Source: Deferribacterales bacterium
Lineage (GTDB): Bacteria; Chrysiogenota; Deferribacteres; Deferribacterales; Geovibrionaceae
NCBI GenBank assembly: GCA_050251875.1
Contig: JBFWMA010000003.1
Location: 1 to 64,000, forward strand
DNA length: 64,000 nucleotides
Reading direction: 5' to 3'
Both the position numbers and the translations under genes were made by a program. Shown here piece by piece: positions 1 through 9,926 of the stretch. How positions within the stretch are numbered: position 1 is the stretch's first letter; each line of letters opens with the position of its first letter. The notes beneath the pieces are model-generated. The model had not been told where the DNA came from and made no database searches. It was given only the letters and a program-made list of their open reading frames with translations.

Positions 1-132
1 AACGAACGTGACCTCATTGTGAAAGCATTGCGGAAAACCGGAGGAAATAAGTCGAAAGCGGCGGAAATCCTTGAAATTTCCAGAAGGACTCTGCACAATA
101 AGATAAAAGAGTTCGATATCGAGGATGAATAA
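1..132 (+). CDS. 3' end of a sigma54-dependent (NtrC-family) activator, Fis-type HTH; partial
   Basis: Frame 1 reads NERDLIVKALRKTGGNKSKAAEILEISRRTLHNKIKEFDIEDE*, a typical Fis-like HTH. Its TAA overlaps the next ATG. Confidence 0.85.
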   Translation, partial: NERDLIVKALRKTGGNKSKAAEILEISRRTLHNKIKEFDIEDE

Positions 133-1040
133 TGCGCTTTATTTTAATTTTTGCTCTGGTTCTGTTTTCTTTCTCCGCCTTCGCTGACGGCAAATTCAGC
201 GGTTATCTGGGAGCGGGAGCCGCTTCTATCTCCACAAACGACAACCTTAAAACGTCCGACAACAACAGGGACAAATCCACAAATATTTTTTCAGACAATC
301 TGCTCTTGATCTCAGGAGAGCTGAGATATAAAACCGACAGTCTGATATTTCACATAGGCAGACCGATGGAAACACCCGACCCCTCTTTATCGGCAGGGAT
401 CACCAAGATATTTTCAGATGAATCATCTCTGGACATCTCCGCCAAATATATAGCGGGCAGCGTATGGGAAAACCCCTATCTGGAGCGCAGAACAGAGACA
501 GCAGAAACCGTTGCCGGACTGACCGCCAGATATGAAGGCATAGCCGGATCTTTTGCCTTTGCCGAAATATCCGTGATGAATCACGATGTGGAGGATGACG
601 ATGCCGGAGAGGCACATGACATTTTAAGCAGGGACGGAACGGAAACCGGGATGAAGCTCGGCTATTCCGTTAAGAAAAAGGGCAAGGGTTCTGTGGACGT
701 GTACGTCTATTATAACATCGACAACAGAGACGGTGACGCTGAGTCTTCGGACACTTTCGGTCAGGGTATGCTTTTTAAGGCGCTGACAGCGAAAAAAGAT
801 GTTTTCAGGCTCGGCGCTGAGACAGCTTTCAGGGAGTTTGACGCTTCTAACCCCTATTTCGACAAGAAAAGAAACGATATCGGTTACCGCCTGTTCGCCT
901 CATATACATTCAACAACGTGTTCGGCAGCAAGGGCAAATTCCTCTCTGTGACAGGCTTCCACGCCTCTTCTGTGTCTAATATCTCCTTCTTCGACACCAG
1001 CTCCACCGGAGCGATGATGTTAGCCGGATTCCGTTTTTAA
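132..1040 (+). CDS. Exported outer-membrane beta-barrel protein (DUF2860-like)
   Basis: Signal peptide ending SAFA-D, amphipathic beta-strand pattern, WENPY motif, C-terminal aromatic signature (AGFRF). Confidence 0.65.
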   Translation: MRFILIFALVLFSFSAFADGKFSGYLGAGAASISTNDNLKTSDNNRDKSTNIFSDNLLLISGELRYKTDSLIFHIGRPMETPDPSLSAGITKIFSDESSLDISAKYIAGSVWENPYLERRTETAETVAGLTARYEGIAGSFAFAEISVMNHDVEDDDAGEAHDILSRDGTETGMKLGYSVKKKGKGSVDVYVYYNIDNRDGDAESSDTFGQGMLFKALTAKKDVFRLGAETAFREFDASNPYFDKKRNDIGYRLFASYTFNNVFGSKGKFLSVTGFHASSVSNISFFDTSSTGAMMLAGFRF

Positions 1041-1077
1041 GTTTATAGGTATACAATAGGACAAATTTGGTGTATTT

Positions 1078-1093
1078 TATGTTTATAAACATA
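1078..1093. promoter_or_regulatory. Perfect 16-bp palindrome upstream of ndh; candidate operator
   Basis: TATGTTTATAAACATA is self-complementary and ends 13 bp before the ATG. Confidence 0.4.
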
Positions 1094-1106
1094 CAGAGGC
1101 AGGAAT

Positions 1107-2423
1107 ATGAAAAAAGTCCTTATCCTCGGCGGCGGGTTCGGGGGACTCACAGCCGTCTCATTCCTTAAGAAACACATCAGACGAAAAAAAGTAGATGTAA
1201 CCCTCATAGATAAAAACAACTACTCACTCTTTACCCCTATGCTGGCGGAGGTCGTCAGCGGAAATATAAAGCCGGAGAACATCGTTTTTCCCCTCAGGGA
1301 GATCTGCGTCAAGAGCGGCGTGCGCTTTTTCAAAGACGAGGTGCGGGGCATTGACAAAGACGCTCGAAAAGTCATCTGTGAAAACGGCGAATACGAATAC
1401 GACTATCTGATAGTCGCCACAGGAAGCCGCACGAACTTCAGAGGCAACGAAAGCGCCATGAAGAACGCCTTCGAGTTTAAAAACATCACGGACGCTATCC
1501 ACATCAAATATCTGATAATCGATTTTCTGGAAAAAGCCAGCACCATGACAGACAAGGCGGAAAAGAAAAAACTTCTGTCATTCTCCATCATCGGCGGAGG
1601 CATCACAGGTGTCGAGCTGGCGAGCGAGATGAACGATTTCATCAGAGCAAAGATAAAGAAAGAATACAACACTGTAGGCACAGACGAATACGACATCACC
1701 ATCTTTGAATATGACAAAACGGTTCTGCCTGGCATAGACAAAGAACAGGCGAAAAAGGCGCAGGAAGTGCTGATCAAGAACGGTATAAACGTCATAAACG
1801 GCGCTATGGTGAAAGAAGTGGGGCTCACCCACATCAGCTACAGCCAGGACGGAAAAGACGCTGACAAGAGCTCTTCCATCACCGTGTGGACAGCCGGAGT
1901 GGAAGGTCAGCAGTATCTGGAGAACGTGGGCGGGGAAATAACCCGTGACTGCCGTATGCATATATCAAAAACACTGAACCCGATGAATCTGGACGCTCCG
2001 GATATTTTTATCATCGGCGACAGCTGCGCTTATGAGTATAAAGAAAAGATTCTGCCCCCGGTGGCGCCTCTGGCTATGCAGCAGGGAGCCATGGCGGTGA
2101 AAAACATACTGAGGCTCATGCAGGGCAAAAAGCCCATAGAGTTTTCTTATCTTCATTTCGGCTATCTGGTGTCTCTGGGCAAAAACAACTCCGTGGTGAA
2201 CCTCTTCGGTATCAAAATGCGGGGCGCTTTCGCCTATTGGCTGTGGAAGATGACTTATCTGTACAAGATAGGGATGTTTAAGAAACAGGTGGCGGTGTTC
2301 TTCGACTGGATCATGTCATTCTGGTTCGGCAACGAATCGGTGCTGATTATAGATCAGGACAACTGCACCAACTGCATCCTGCAAAAGAACCACAAAAAAC
2401 CGCAGAAAAAAATCAATCTATAA
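1107..2423 (+). CDS. ndh: Type II NADH:quinone oxidoreductase
   Basis: GGGFGG FAD motif, second GGGITGVE motif, YDYLIVATG, IGD, APLAMQQG. Confidence 0.85.
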   Translation: MKKVLILGGGFGGLTAVSFLKKHIRRKKVDVTLIDKNNYSLFTPMLAEVVSGNIKPENIVFPLREICVKSGVRFFKDEVRGIDKDARKVICENGEYEYDYLIVATGSRTNFRGNESAMKNAFEFKNITDAIHIKYLIIDFLEKASTMTDKAEKKKLLSFSIIGGGITGVELASEMNDFIRAKIKKEYNTVGTDEYDITIFEYDKTVLPGIDKEQAKKAQEVLIKNGINVINGAMVKEVGLTHISYSQDGKDADKSSSITVWTAGVEGQQYLENVGGEITRDCRMHISKTLNPMNLDAPDIFIIGDSCAYEYKEKILPPVAPLAMQQGAMAVKNILRLMQGKKPIEFSYLHFGYLVSLGKNNSVVNLFGIKMRGAFAYWLWKMTYLYKIGMFKKQVAVFFDWIMSFWFGNESVLIIDQDNCTNCILQKNHKKPQKKINL

Positions 2424-2428
2424 CTAAT

Positions 2429-2454
2429 AAGCCGGACAAAAGTCCGGCTTTTTT
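2429..2454 (+). terminator. Intrinsic terminator after ndh (converging tRNA lies opposite)
   Basis: AAGCCGGAC-AAAA-GTCCGGCTT followed by a T run. Confidence 0.8.
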
Positions 2455-2462
2455 ATATTAAG

Positions 2463-2536
2463 TGGCGGTGCAGGGAATTGAACCCCGGACACTGCGGATA
2501 TGAGCCGCATGCTCTAACCATCTGAGCTACACCGCC
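2463..2536 (-). tRNA. tRNA with CAT anticodon, probably elongator tRNA-Met; CCA not encoded
   Basis: Reverse complement GGCGGTGTAGCTCAGATGGTTAGAGCATGCGGCTCATATCCGCAGTGTCCGGGGTTCAATTCCCTGCACCGCCA folds as a cloverleaf. The paired G1-C72 argues against initiator; Ile2 is not strictly excluded. Confidence 0.9.
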
Positions 2537-2588
2537 GTTAGATAGGGATATTGATATACCCTATCTTTTTATCGCAGTCAATCTTTTT

Positions 2589-3707
2589 TTAATCAGCGAG
2601 AACAAATTCGCCGTTTTTAATTTCAACCACAACAAATGAGTCCTTAGAAAGACCTGTGTGGTCTGCGGGTGTCATGTTGAACTCTCCGGCAATACCGATA
2701 AGCCCCCTCACCTTTTGCAGTTCTTCGGCTATCTTCTCTCTGCTGTTTCCGCCCTTCTCATATGCGGCTTTGAACAGCATAAAAGCGTCATAAGCGTGTC
2801 CGCCGAAAGCGGAAACGGGCGCTTTGAACTGTGACTCGAAGTCGGTTTTATATTTCATCAGAGTCTTTTTAAATTTATCATTGTTGGGCAGTTTATCCGC
2901 CACAACGATACGTCCGGATGTCAGCTTGATGCCGTTTGCCGCATCGCCTGCCAGCTCAATGAATTTGCCGGATGCGACACCCTGTGTCATATACAGGTCT
3001 TTCATGCCGAGCTGTTGAGCGTTTCTGGCGATGATGGCGGGGGCTGTTCCTGCCGCCCAGCAGATGGTTGCGTCAGGTTTTTTTGCCTTGATATTGGCGA
3101 GCTGAGATGTCATATCCTTGTCTTTATCACGGAATTTTTCATCCGCGATGATATGCACGGGATATTTTTTAGCATATTCAAGGATGGCGTCTCTGCCTGT
3201 GGAGCCGTATCCACTCTGCTCTGTGATGATAGCGATATTCTTTTTGCTTTTGCTGACAAGATATTCCAGAAGTTTCTCCGCAACCTGAGTGTCAGACTGG
3301 GGTGTTTTGTATATATATTTGCTGACGGGAGTCACGATGTCCAGACTTGCCGCGCAGGATATCATCGGGAGTTTATATTTTTCCGCCAGACCTTTGATGG
3401 CGAGGGCTGAACCTGTTCTGGACGGTCCGAGCACAGCGACAACATTGTCTTTTGTAGCCAGTTTTTTGAATGCGTTGATAGCGGCGTTCTCATCTCCCTG
3501 TGTGTCATAGATGAAAAGCTCTATCTTCTCTCCTTTGATACCGCCCGCTTTGTTCACTTCGTCTACGAGCATCTCAAGAGTCTGCTTCTCGGGCATGCCC
3601 AGAAAGCTGGTGGGACCAGTGGATGAAAAGAGTCCGCCGAGTCTGATCTCTGCCTGCGCTGTCATGCACAGAAATACCGCAATAGCTGCGATTGCCAGTT
3701 TTTTCAT
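2589..3707 (-). CDS. Branched-chain amino acid ABC transporter substrate-binding protein (LivJ/LivK family)
   Basis: Signal peptide, IRLGGLFSSTGP, VNKAGGIKG, HAYDA motifs. No permease genes adjacent. Confidence 0.85.
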   Translation of the reverse strand: MKKLAIAAIAVFLCMTAQAEIRLGGLFSSTGPTSFLGMPEKQTLEMLVDEVNKAGGIKGEKIELFIYDTQGDENAAINAFKKLATKDNVVAVLGPSRTGSALAIKGLAEKYKLPMISCAASLDIVTPVSKYIYKTPQSDTQVAEKLLEYLVSKSKKNIAIITEQSGYGSTGRDAILEYAKKYPVHIIADEKFRDKDKDMTSQLANIKAKKPDATICWAAGTAPAIIARNAQQLGMKDLYMTQGVASGKFIELAGDAANGIKLTSGRIVVADKLPNNDKFKKTLMKYKTDFESQFKAPVSAFGGHAYDAFMLFKAAYEKGGNSREKIAEELQKVRGLIGIAGEFNMTPADHTGLSKDSFVVVEIKNGEFVLAD

Positions 3708-3835
3708 AATAAGTCACTCCTTCTCATGGGATCAGTTCACGATTATAGCAAATGTTATGTAAAATACAATGTTTTATCAGGCTAATTATAAACTGTTGTG
3801 TGATTATTTTAATTGTCAAAGAAACTATCTTTTCG

Positions 3836-3862
3836 TAAAGACTCAGAAAATCTGACCGATAA
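3836..3862 (+). promoter_or_regulatory. sigma28 (FliA) promoter
   Basis: TAAA(3836-3839)-N15-ACCGATAA(3855-3862) versus consensus TAAA-N15-GCCGATAA. Confidence 0.75.
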
Positions 3863-3880
3863 ATGATTAAGGAGTATTTT

Positions 3881-4084
3881 ATGGATTTAGCATCACTCTC
3901 TTCCGCGGCATCACAGATGAAACAGGCAGAAGTTGCCTACGCCGCCAGCATTAAAGTGGCAAAGATGGCGCTGGACGCCCAGGAAATGACCGGAAGCTCA
4001 GTTCTAAGCATTCTGGAAGGCGGAAGCGTGAACAAAGCGCAGTCCGGAGCCGAAACAGGAAGCCTGATAGACGTAATCGCCTGA
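3881..4084 (+). CDS. Small YjfB-family (putative motility) protein
   Basis: AAGGAG RBS before ATG 3881; SIKVAKMALD and terminal GSLIDVIA motifs. Confidence 0.75.
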   Translation: MDLASLSSAASQMKQAEVAYAASIKVAKMALDAQEMTGSSVLSILEGGSVNKAQSGAETGSLIDVIA

Positions 4085-4086
4085 TT

Positions 4087-5070
4087 TTACTGAAGCAGGT
4101 GACCGTCAGCCACCTTGATATATTGTATCCTCTCTATGGTGTGATACTGTCTAATCTTCTTGCGCATGGCAAGCCCCACAGCGTCCTTCACACCTGACAG
4201 ATTTCTTTTATCCAGCCACTTGGCGAGCCCCGTGTTCAGGTCGCTGATGGCAGAGAATCCTTTCTTATAAAGCATGGAAGCGGTCTGAACAGTCTTTGCG
4301 CCCGCCAGAATATACTGAATCAGCGTGTCCTCATCGTGCACGCCCGTTGTGGCGGATATATCTATGGGACACTGTCTGCTCACGGCGGCGACCCAGCGGA
4401 TGACGTTATACGCCTCCTGTGTCTCGCTGTAATAATGCACAGGCTCCAGCTCCAAAGTTCTCGTGTTTATCTTCATCTGATAATATCTGTTAAACATGGT
4501 TACGGCGTCCGCCCCGGCATTCTTTATCTTCTGCACCATATATGGGATGGATGAGAAATTATCGCCGATTTTGACTGATACGGGGATGCTCACCTTGCTC
4601 TTAACGCTCTCAATGACCTCGACATATCTGGCTTCCACCTCTGCGGATGTGAGCGATGCGTCAAAAGGCACAAAAGAGATATTCAGCTCGATAGCGTCCG
4701 CCCCCGCCTCTTCCATAGACACGGCGAAATCCGTCCACCATCTGCCGCCCTCGCAGTTTATGCTGGCGATCACGGGTATGCTCACCGCCTCAGCCGCCTT
4801 GCGCACATATTCCAGATATTCGCCGGAACCGTATACCATAGCGGCGTCAGCGCTGATATAGTCATACGCCTCTGTGTGGGACACATCCTCATAGCTGAGC
4901 CCGCTGTCCTGACGTATCTCCTCTTCAAAGAGAGACTTCAGCACAACGGCGCCCGCTCCGGCGTCTTCGGCTTTTCTGATGTTAGCGATATCTTTGGTAA
5001 GTGTGGAGCTGGCCGCCATAACGGGGCTTGAGAGTTTCATTCCCATATAGTCGATAGATAGATCAGCCAT
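4087..5070 (-). CDS. Dihydroorotate dehydrogenase-like FMN protein
   Basis: GAGAVVLKSLFEE, IPVIASIN, ELNIS, VSVKI, FNR, GAKTVQ motifs; GAGGT RBS before ATG 5070. Confidence 0.8.
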   Translation of the reverse strand: MADLSIDYMGMKLSSPVMAASSTLTKDIANIRKAEDAGAGAVVLKSLFEEEIRQDSGLSYEDVSHTEAYDYISADAAMVYGSGEYLEYVRKAAEAVSIPVIASINCEGGRWWTDFAVSMEEAGADAIELNISFVPFDASLTSAEVEARYVEVIESVKSKVSIPVSVKIGDNFSSIPYMVQKIKNAGADAVTMFNRYYQMKINTRTLELEPVHYYSETQEAYNVIRWVAAVSRQCPIDISATTGVHDEDTLIQYILAGAKTVQTASMLYKKGFSAISDLNTGLAKWLDKRNLSGVKDAVGLAMRKKIRQYHTIERIQYIKVADGHLLQ

Positions 5071-5078
5071 GTGCAACC

Positions 5079-7370
5079 TCAGTCTTTGATAAGGATTTCT
5101 CTGGGTTTCGATGTGCCGTCACTGGGGGCGATAATCCCCTGTTTTTCCATAATTTCTACAATTCTGGCGGCACGGTTATACCCTATTCTCAGGTATCTCT
5201 GTATCATGGATATAGAGGCAAAGCCTTTCTGGCGAACCAGTTCCAGCGCCTCCTGATATTTCTCGTCCATCTCGCTGTCGTCCACTTCGTCCGGATCAAA
5301 AGTCTGCTCACGCACCAGATCCATGTTGTATTCCGGTTCGCCGAGAGTCTTCAGGTGATCCACTATGCGCCCCACCTCTTCATCAGATACGAAACATCCG
5401 TGCACACGGGTTGTGTCGCTCATGCCCGGCGGCATGAAAAGACTGTCGCCCTTGCCCAGCAGAACTTCCGCTCCGCCTGTATCCAGAATGGTTCTGGAAT
5501 CCACTTTGGATGATACCCTGAATGACAGTCTGGAAGGCATGTTCGCCTTGATGATTCCGGTGATAACGTTCACAGACGGGCGCTGTGTAGCCAGCACAAG
5601 GTGTATGCCCACCGCTCTCGCCATCTGGGCTATGCGGATGATGGACTGCTCCACCTCCTTTCCAGCCACCAGCATAAGATCGGCGAACTCGTCCACTATC
5701 ACCACCAGATAGGGCATTTTAGGCAGATTGTCGTCATTCTCCGCCTTCATATTATATGAATCGATATTTCTCACTTTCAGCGATGCCAGAGCGGAGTATC
5801 TGTTCTCCATCTCCTCCACCACATTTCTCAGAACGTTAGCCGCCTTACGGGGGTCGGTCACAACGGGAGCGGCGAGGTGGGGGATGTCGTCATAAATGCT
5901 CAGCTCCACCATCTTCGGATCTACCATAACGAACTTCACCTTGTCCGGTGAAGATTTGAATATGATAGAACAGATCAGGGTGTTCACGGCAACGGATTTA
6001 CCGCTTCCGGTGGTTCCCGCCACCAGAAGGTGCGGCATCGCCGCCAGATCGCTGACATATGCCTTGCCAGCTATATCCTTGCCCATGGCGAAAGCCAGAG
6101 GCGAGGCGCTGACGTTGTATTCTCTGGACTGCAACAGTTCGCTGAGCGAAACCATCGCCCTGTATTTGTTAGGAAGCTCTATGCCCACCACGGATTTTCC
6201 GGGGATGGGCGCTATGATACGGACACTCACCGCCGACATGGCGAGGGCGAGGTCATCTGTAAGGTTAGCTATCTTATTAATCTTAACACCGGGCGCAGGC
6301 TCAAACTCATAAAGAGTAACGACAGGTCCGGGCTGAATCTCTCTGATGCGTCCGTTCACGCCGAAATCAGCCAGTTTGGAAACCAGCATGTCACCTTTCG
6401 CCTTCAGCTCGGCGTGGGACTCCGCACGACTGTCGGTCTTCGGCTCGTCCAGAAGTGTTAGCGGAACGGTGTAAGTCCCGGCGTATTTTTCCATCTGTAC
6501 GGGAGGCTTTATGGTTATGCCGTTTCCGGCGGGTTTCTCATCCTCGAAAACAGGATCGAGAGGCGTATCGTCATCCACCTCTGAGCTTTTCACCGGCTCA
6601 GGCTTATCAGCCGGCTTATTATCTTTTGCCATCAGGTTTTCATCCGCCAGAGGAGCGGACAGTGTCTGGTTTCTGCTGCCGATGGGCGATCCGTCCGATG
6701 CGGGAGGAGTGTAGCCCCTGACAGAAACGCCGCCTGAGTCGAAATCGTTGAAGACTTCCTCATCGTCCTGCTTTTCAGCGGGCTTATCTTTTTTAGACGG
6801 GATATCTATTTTAGGCATTTTCACGCCTTCTCTCACAAACTTAATAATTACTCTCGGAAACAGTGCCAGAAGAAGCAGAAGCAGGATAAACACGCTGACT
6901 ATCACTCCGCCCACACGTCCCACCAGAGACGAAAAGAGATCAGCGGAAAACAGCCCGGCTATGCCGCCTGTGGGTTTCTGAGAAAAGATAAAATCGTTGC
7001 CGCCCATGAATCCTGTCAGGGTAGACAGCATATAGAGCACCAGCAGAAAGAGGATGAAGCGGAATATAGAGCGTCTCCATTTCATCTCCAGACTTTTTCT
7101 GTGCCTGTGCGCTGTCCAGGCAAACCAGAAGAGCACGAACGGAAGCAGAAAAGTAGTCCAGCCGAAAAAAGTCGCCAGATAATCGCTGAAATAGGCTCCG
7201 GATTTTCCAAAAAGGTTGCCTACATGCTGGTCATAGTTGGAAAAAACGATGAAAGTGTATCCCGGGTCGCCTTCAGAATGAGAGTATATCGCCAGTGTCG
7301 CAAACACCGAGAAAAATAAAACCGCTAAAAAAACTATGTCGGTTCTGATGCCTTTGGTCTCTATATCCAT
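5079..7370 (-). CDS. ftsK: DNA translocase FtsK
   Basis: N-terminal TM domain, linker, PHLLVAGTTGSGKS, VDEFADLM, LATQRPS, gamma domain IGYNRAARI. Confidence 0.97.
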   Translation of the reverse strand: MDIETKGIRTDIVFLAVLFFSVFATLAIYSHSEGDPGYTFIVFSNYDQHVGNLFGKSGAYFSDYLATFFGWTTFLLPFVLFWFAWTAHRHRKSLEMKWRRSIFRFILFLLVLYMLSTLTGFMGGNDFIFSQKPTGGIAGLFSADLFSSLVGRVGGVIVSVFILLLLLLALFPRVIIKFVREGVKMPKIDIPSKKDKPAEKQDDEEVFNDFDSGGVSVRGYTPPASDGSPIGSRNQTLSAPLADENLMAKDNKPADKPEPVKSSEVDDDTPLDPVFEDEKPAGNGITIKPPVQMEKYAGTYTVPLTLLDEPKTDSRAESHAELKAKGDMLVSKLADFGVNGRIREIQPGPVVTLYEFEPAPGVKINKIANLTDDLALAMSAVSVRIIAPIPGKSVVGIELPNKYRAMVSLSELLQSREYNVSASPLAFAMGKDIAGKAYVSDLAAMPHLLVAGTTGSGKSVAVNTLICSIIFKSSPDKVKFVMVDPKMVELSIYDDIPHLAAPVVTDPRKAANVLRNVVEEMENRYSALASLKVRNIDSYNMKAENDDNLPKMPYLVVIVDEFADLMLVAGKEVEQSIIRIAQMARAVGIHLVLATQRPSVNVITGIIKANMPSRLSFRVSSKVDSRTILDTGGAEVLLGKGDSLFMPPGMSDTTRVHGCFVSDEEVGRIVDHLKTLGEPEYNMDLVREQTFDPDEVDDSEMDEKYQEALELVRQKGFASISMIQRYLRIGYNRAARIVEIMEKQGIIAPSDGTSKPREILIKD

Positions 7371-8152
7371 ACTATAGATACTATCCCCATTATCAGGCAG
7401 TACATGGCAAAAAGCCTTAAGTTAGCCCTTTTAATAAAATATACCATCATGCCGATGGCAAAGAAACCTGTGATGAACGCCGCTGCCATCCCCGCAAGAT
7501 ACATTGGTATCTCGGCGGAGGTCACATCGCCCAGATGTCTGGACTGTAATATTATAGCGCCTAAAATGGCGGGAACGGACATTAAAAATGTGAATTCTCC
7601 CATCTCTGAGCGTTTAATGCCCAGATAGAGCCCGGCGGCTGTGGTTGAGCCGGAGCGTGAAATGCCTGGGATAACAGCCAGCCCCTGAACTATTCCTATC
7701 AGAAAAGCGGGAACGATGCTGATCAGCTTCTGCCCGTGAAATCTGTCGGAGAAGAGCAGCAGAACGGATGTGACTATCAGAAAATAGCCCACATATGAAG
7801 GCGTGCTGAACATGCCCTCCACTGTCTTTTCCAGCGAAAGTCCGATGATCCCCGTGGGGATGGTGGCTATGATGATGCCCCAGAAGAAGCGTTTGTTCTC
7901 GAAATAGATGATTTTATAATCATTATTGATAAGTCCCAGAGGACTGATGAGCAGCTCGAATATGCGATGGCGGAAATATACCAGCACAGCGCCCAGAGTA
8001 GCCCCATGAAGAAGAGTGTCAAAGAGCATGCCCGGCTGGACAAAATCCTTGAAAAGCGACTGAACAATAACAAGATGTCCCGAGCTGCTGACGGGCAGAA
8101 ACTCCGTCAACCCCTGTACTATGCCTAAAATTATAGCTGTAGTGTAATCCAT
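7361..8152 (-). CDS. uppP: Undecaprenyl-diphosphate phosphatase
   Basis: GLTEFLPVSSSGH and PGISRSGST motifs. Confidence 0.96.
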   Translation of the reverse strand: MDYTTAIILGIVQGLTEFLPVSSSGHLVIVQSLFKDFVQPGMLFDTLLHGATLGAVLVYFRHRIFELLISPLGLINNDYKIIYFENKRFFWGIIIATIPTGIIGLSLEKTVEGMFSTPSYVGYFLIVTSVLLLFSDRFHGQKLISIVPAFLIGIVQGLAVIPGISRSGSTTAAGLYLGIKRSEMGEFTFLMSVPAILGAIILQSRHLGDVTSAEIPMYLAGMAAAFITGFFAIGMMVYFIKRANLRLFAMYCLIMGIVSIVWI

Positions 8153-9790
8153 TTACTTCTCCGCAACAACCGGGATGACCAGAGGCCGTCTGTCCAGCGT
8201 CTTTTTGAAGAACCGCTTGGTAAGTCTCCTCACACCCTCTTTAATCTCTGAATAATCATAATCGGCAGAATTCGTGAATTCTCCCATGTGTTCTGTCAGA
8301 AAATCTTTCAGCTTGTCTATATATTTTTCGTCCAGACTGAACCCCGCCGTCTCCACCACAGGAGGCATCTCATAGGTTCCGTCAGAATTCTTCAGCATCA
8401 GAACGCTCACCGCTCCGTCACGGCAGAGGTGCTTGCGCTCTCTTATAGATTCCTCGTCCATGGCAAAATGACCCCGCAGGTCGATAAAAACCTTTCCGTG
8501 GGGCACATCGCCTTTTTTAATCAGCTCGTTGTTGTGAAAGGTAACACGTTTGCCGTCTTCCAGCAGAAGAACGTTGTCGTTGTCCACGATACTCATGGAC
8601 TTCAGCATCCTCTTCATGGTGATAAGGTGCATCGGCTCGCCGTGTATCGGGATGACATACTGCGGGCGGGTGAAGTTCACCATCAGCTTGATCTCCTCCT
8701 GAGAGGCGTGACCGGACACATGTATCCTGTTTTTGCCGATGTCCACCACTGTTCCGCCGGATTTATATATCATATTTACCAGATTTATCAGGTTTTTCTC
8801 ATTGCCGGGAATCACACGGGCGGATATCACGAAGGTATCGCCCTCTTTCACATTCAGGTCTTTCCGCTCGCCGGATACCACACGGTACAGCGTGCTGTTT
8901 GTCTCGCCCTGACAGCCTGTTATTATGTAGCATATCTTGTCGGGATCCATCCGTCTGGCAGTCTTCAGATCGACTATCAGATCCTCCGGCATCTCAACAT
9001 ATCCCAGAGACGCCGCTATGGATACGTTGCGGTCCAGCGCCGTTCCTTCCAGAACAACTTTTCGTCCGCACTCCCTGGCTATCTCGAACACCTGACGGAA
9101 TCTGTCCACGTTCGATGAGAAGGTGGTGAAGAATATCCGCCCCTGAGCGTTTCTGAATATTTTCAGCAGATCGTTGCGGATACTGCTCTCCGAATGGGTA
9201 AATCCTTCACGCTCGGCATTGGTGGAGTCTATCAGAAGAGCGGTCAGCCCCTGTTCTCCCAGCGCTGTGAAATCGGACGGCTTGAAAGGCTCTCCGCCCA
9301 CCGGCGTCTGATCTATCTTAAAATCAGAAGCGTGCAGACCGGAGAAATCTTTTGCCACGATATGCAGAGCGTATGTATCGCTGATGGAGTGAGTGACGGG
9401 AAGGAATGTCACGGAGAAATCTCCCGCTGTCACCGTCTCTCTCGCCAGAATGTAGTTCAGATTAAACGGACTGTTCCTCGACCTGCTCTTCGCCTGCAAA
9501 ATCCCCAGAGACAGACGCCCGCCGTACACGGGAAAGTTAAACCTGCGCAGAAGCACAGGCACGGCGCCCACATGATCTTCGTGACCGTGGGTGATGAAGA
9601 CTCCCTTCACCTTGTCCCTGATTTTTTCGATATAGTCGAATGACGGGATCACATAGTCGATCCCGGGAAAGTTGTTGTCGGCGAACATAACGCCGCAGTC
9701 CACAATTATTGCGGAGGTGTCGGTCTCATAGACATACATGTTCATGCCTATCTCGCCAACGCCGCCGAGTATAGATATAGTACAAGACAT
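8153..9790 (-). CDS. rnj: Ribonuclease J
   Basis: LGGVGEIGMN, THGHEDHVG, HVSGHA, PIHGE motifs. Confidence 0.95.
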   Translation of the reverse strand: MSCTISILGGVGEIGMNMYVYETDTSAIIVDCGVMFADNNFPGIDYVIPSFDYIEKIRDKVKGVFITHGHEDHVGAVPVLLRRFNFPVYGGRLSLGILQAKSRSRNSPFNLNYILARETVTAGDFSVTFLPVTHSISDTYALHIVAKDFSGLHASDFKIDQTPVGGEPFKPSDFTALGEQGLTALLIDSTNAEREGFTHSESSIRNDLLKIFRNAQGRIFFTTFSSNVDRFRQVFEIARECGRKVVLEGTALDRNVSIAASLGYVEMPEDLIVDLKTARRMDPDKICYIITGCQGETNSTLYRVVSGERKDLNVKEGDTFVISARVIPGNEKNLINLVNMIYKSGGTVVDIGKNRIHVSGHASQEEIKLMVNFTRPQYVIPIHGEPMHLITMKRMLKSMSIVDNDNVLLLEDGKRVTFHNNELIKKGDVPHGKVFIDLRGHFAMDEESIRERKHLCRDGAVSVLMLKNSDGTYEMPPVVETAGFSLDEKYIDKLKDFLTEHMGEFTNSADYDYSEIKEGVRRLTKRFFKKTLDRRPLVIPVVAEK

Positions 9791-9795
9791 AAGCT

Positions 9796-9824
9796 ATTCT
9801 AAATAACTCCTGATAAAAAGACAA
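9796..9824 (-). promoter_or_regulatory. sigma70-type promoter abutting the rnj start codon
   Basis: Minus strand TTGTCT-N17-TAGAAT-N5-ATG. Confidence 0.55.
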
Positions 9825-9894
9825 GCAAGTTCAATCAGTCTGATGTTTTTTTTAAAACAATCAGGAATGTTTCAGACCCTGCGGCATATGAAAT

Positions 9895-9918
9895 AAAAAA
9901 GGGGAGCGTCAGCTCCCC
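9895..9918 (-). terminator. Intrinsic terminator of yajQ
   Basis: Minus strand GGGGAGC-TGAC-GCTCCCC-TTTTTT. Confidence 0.85.
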
Positions 9919-9926
9919 GGGATTTT

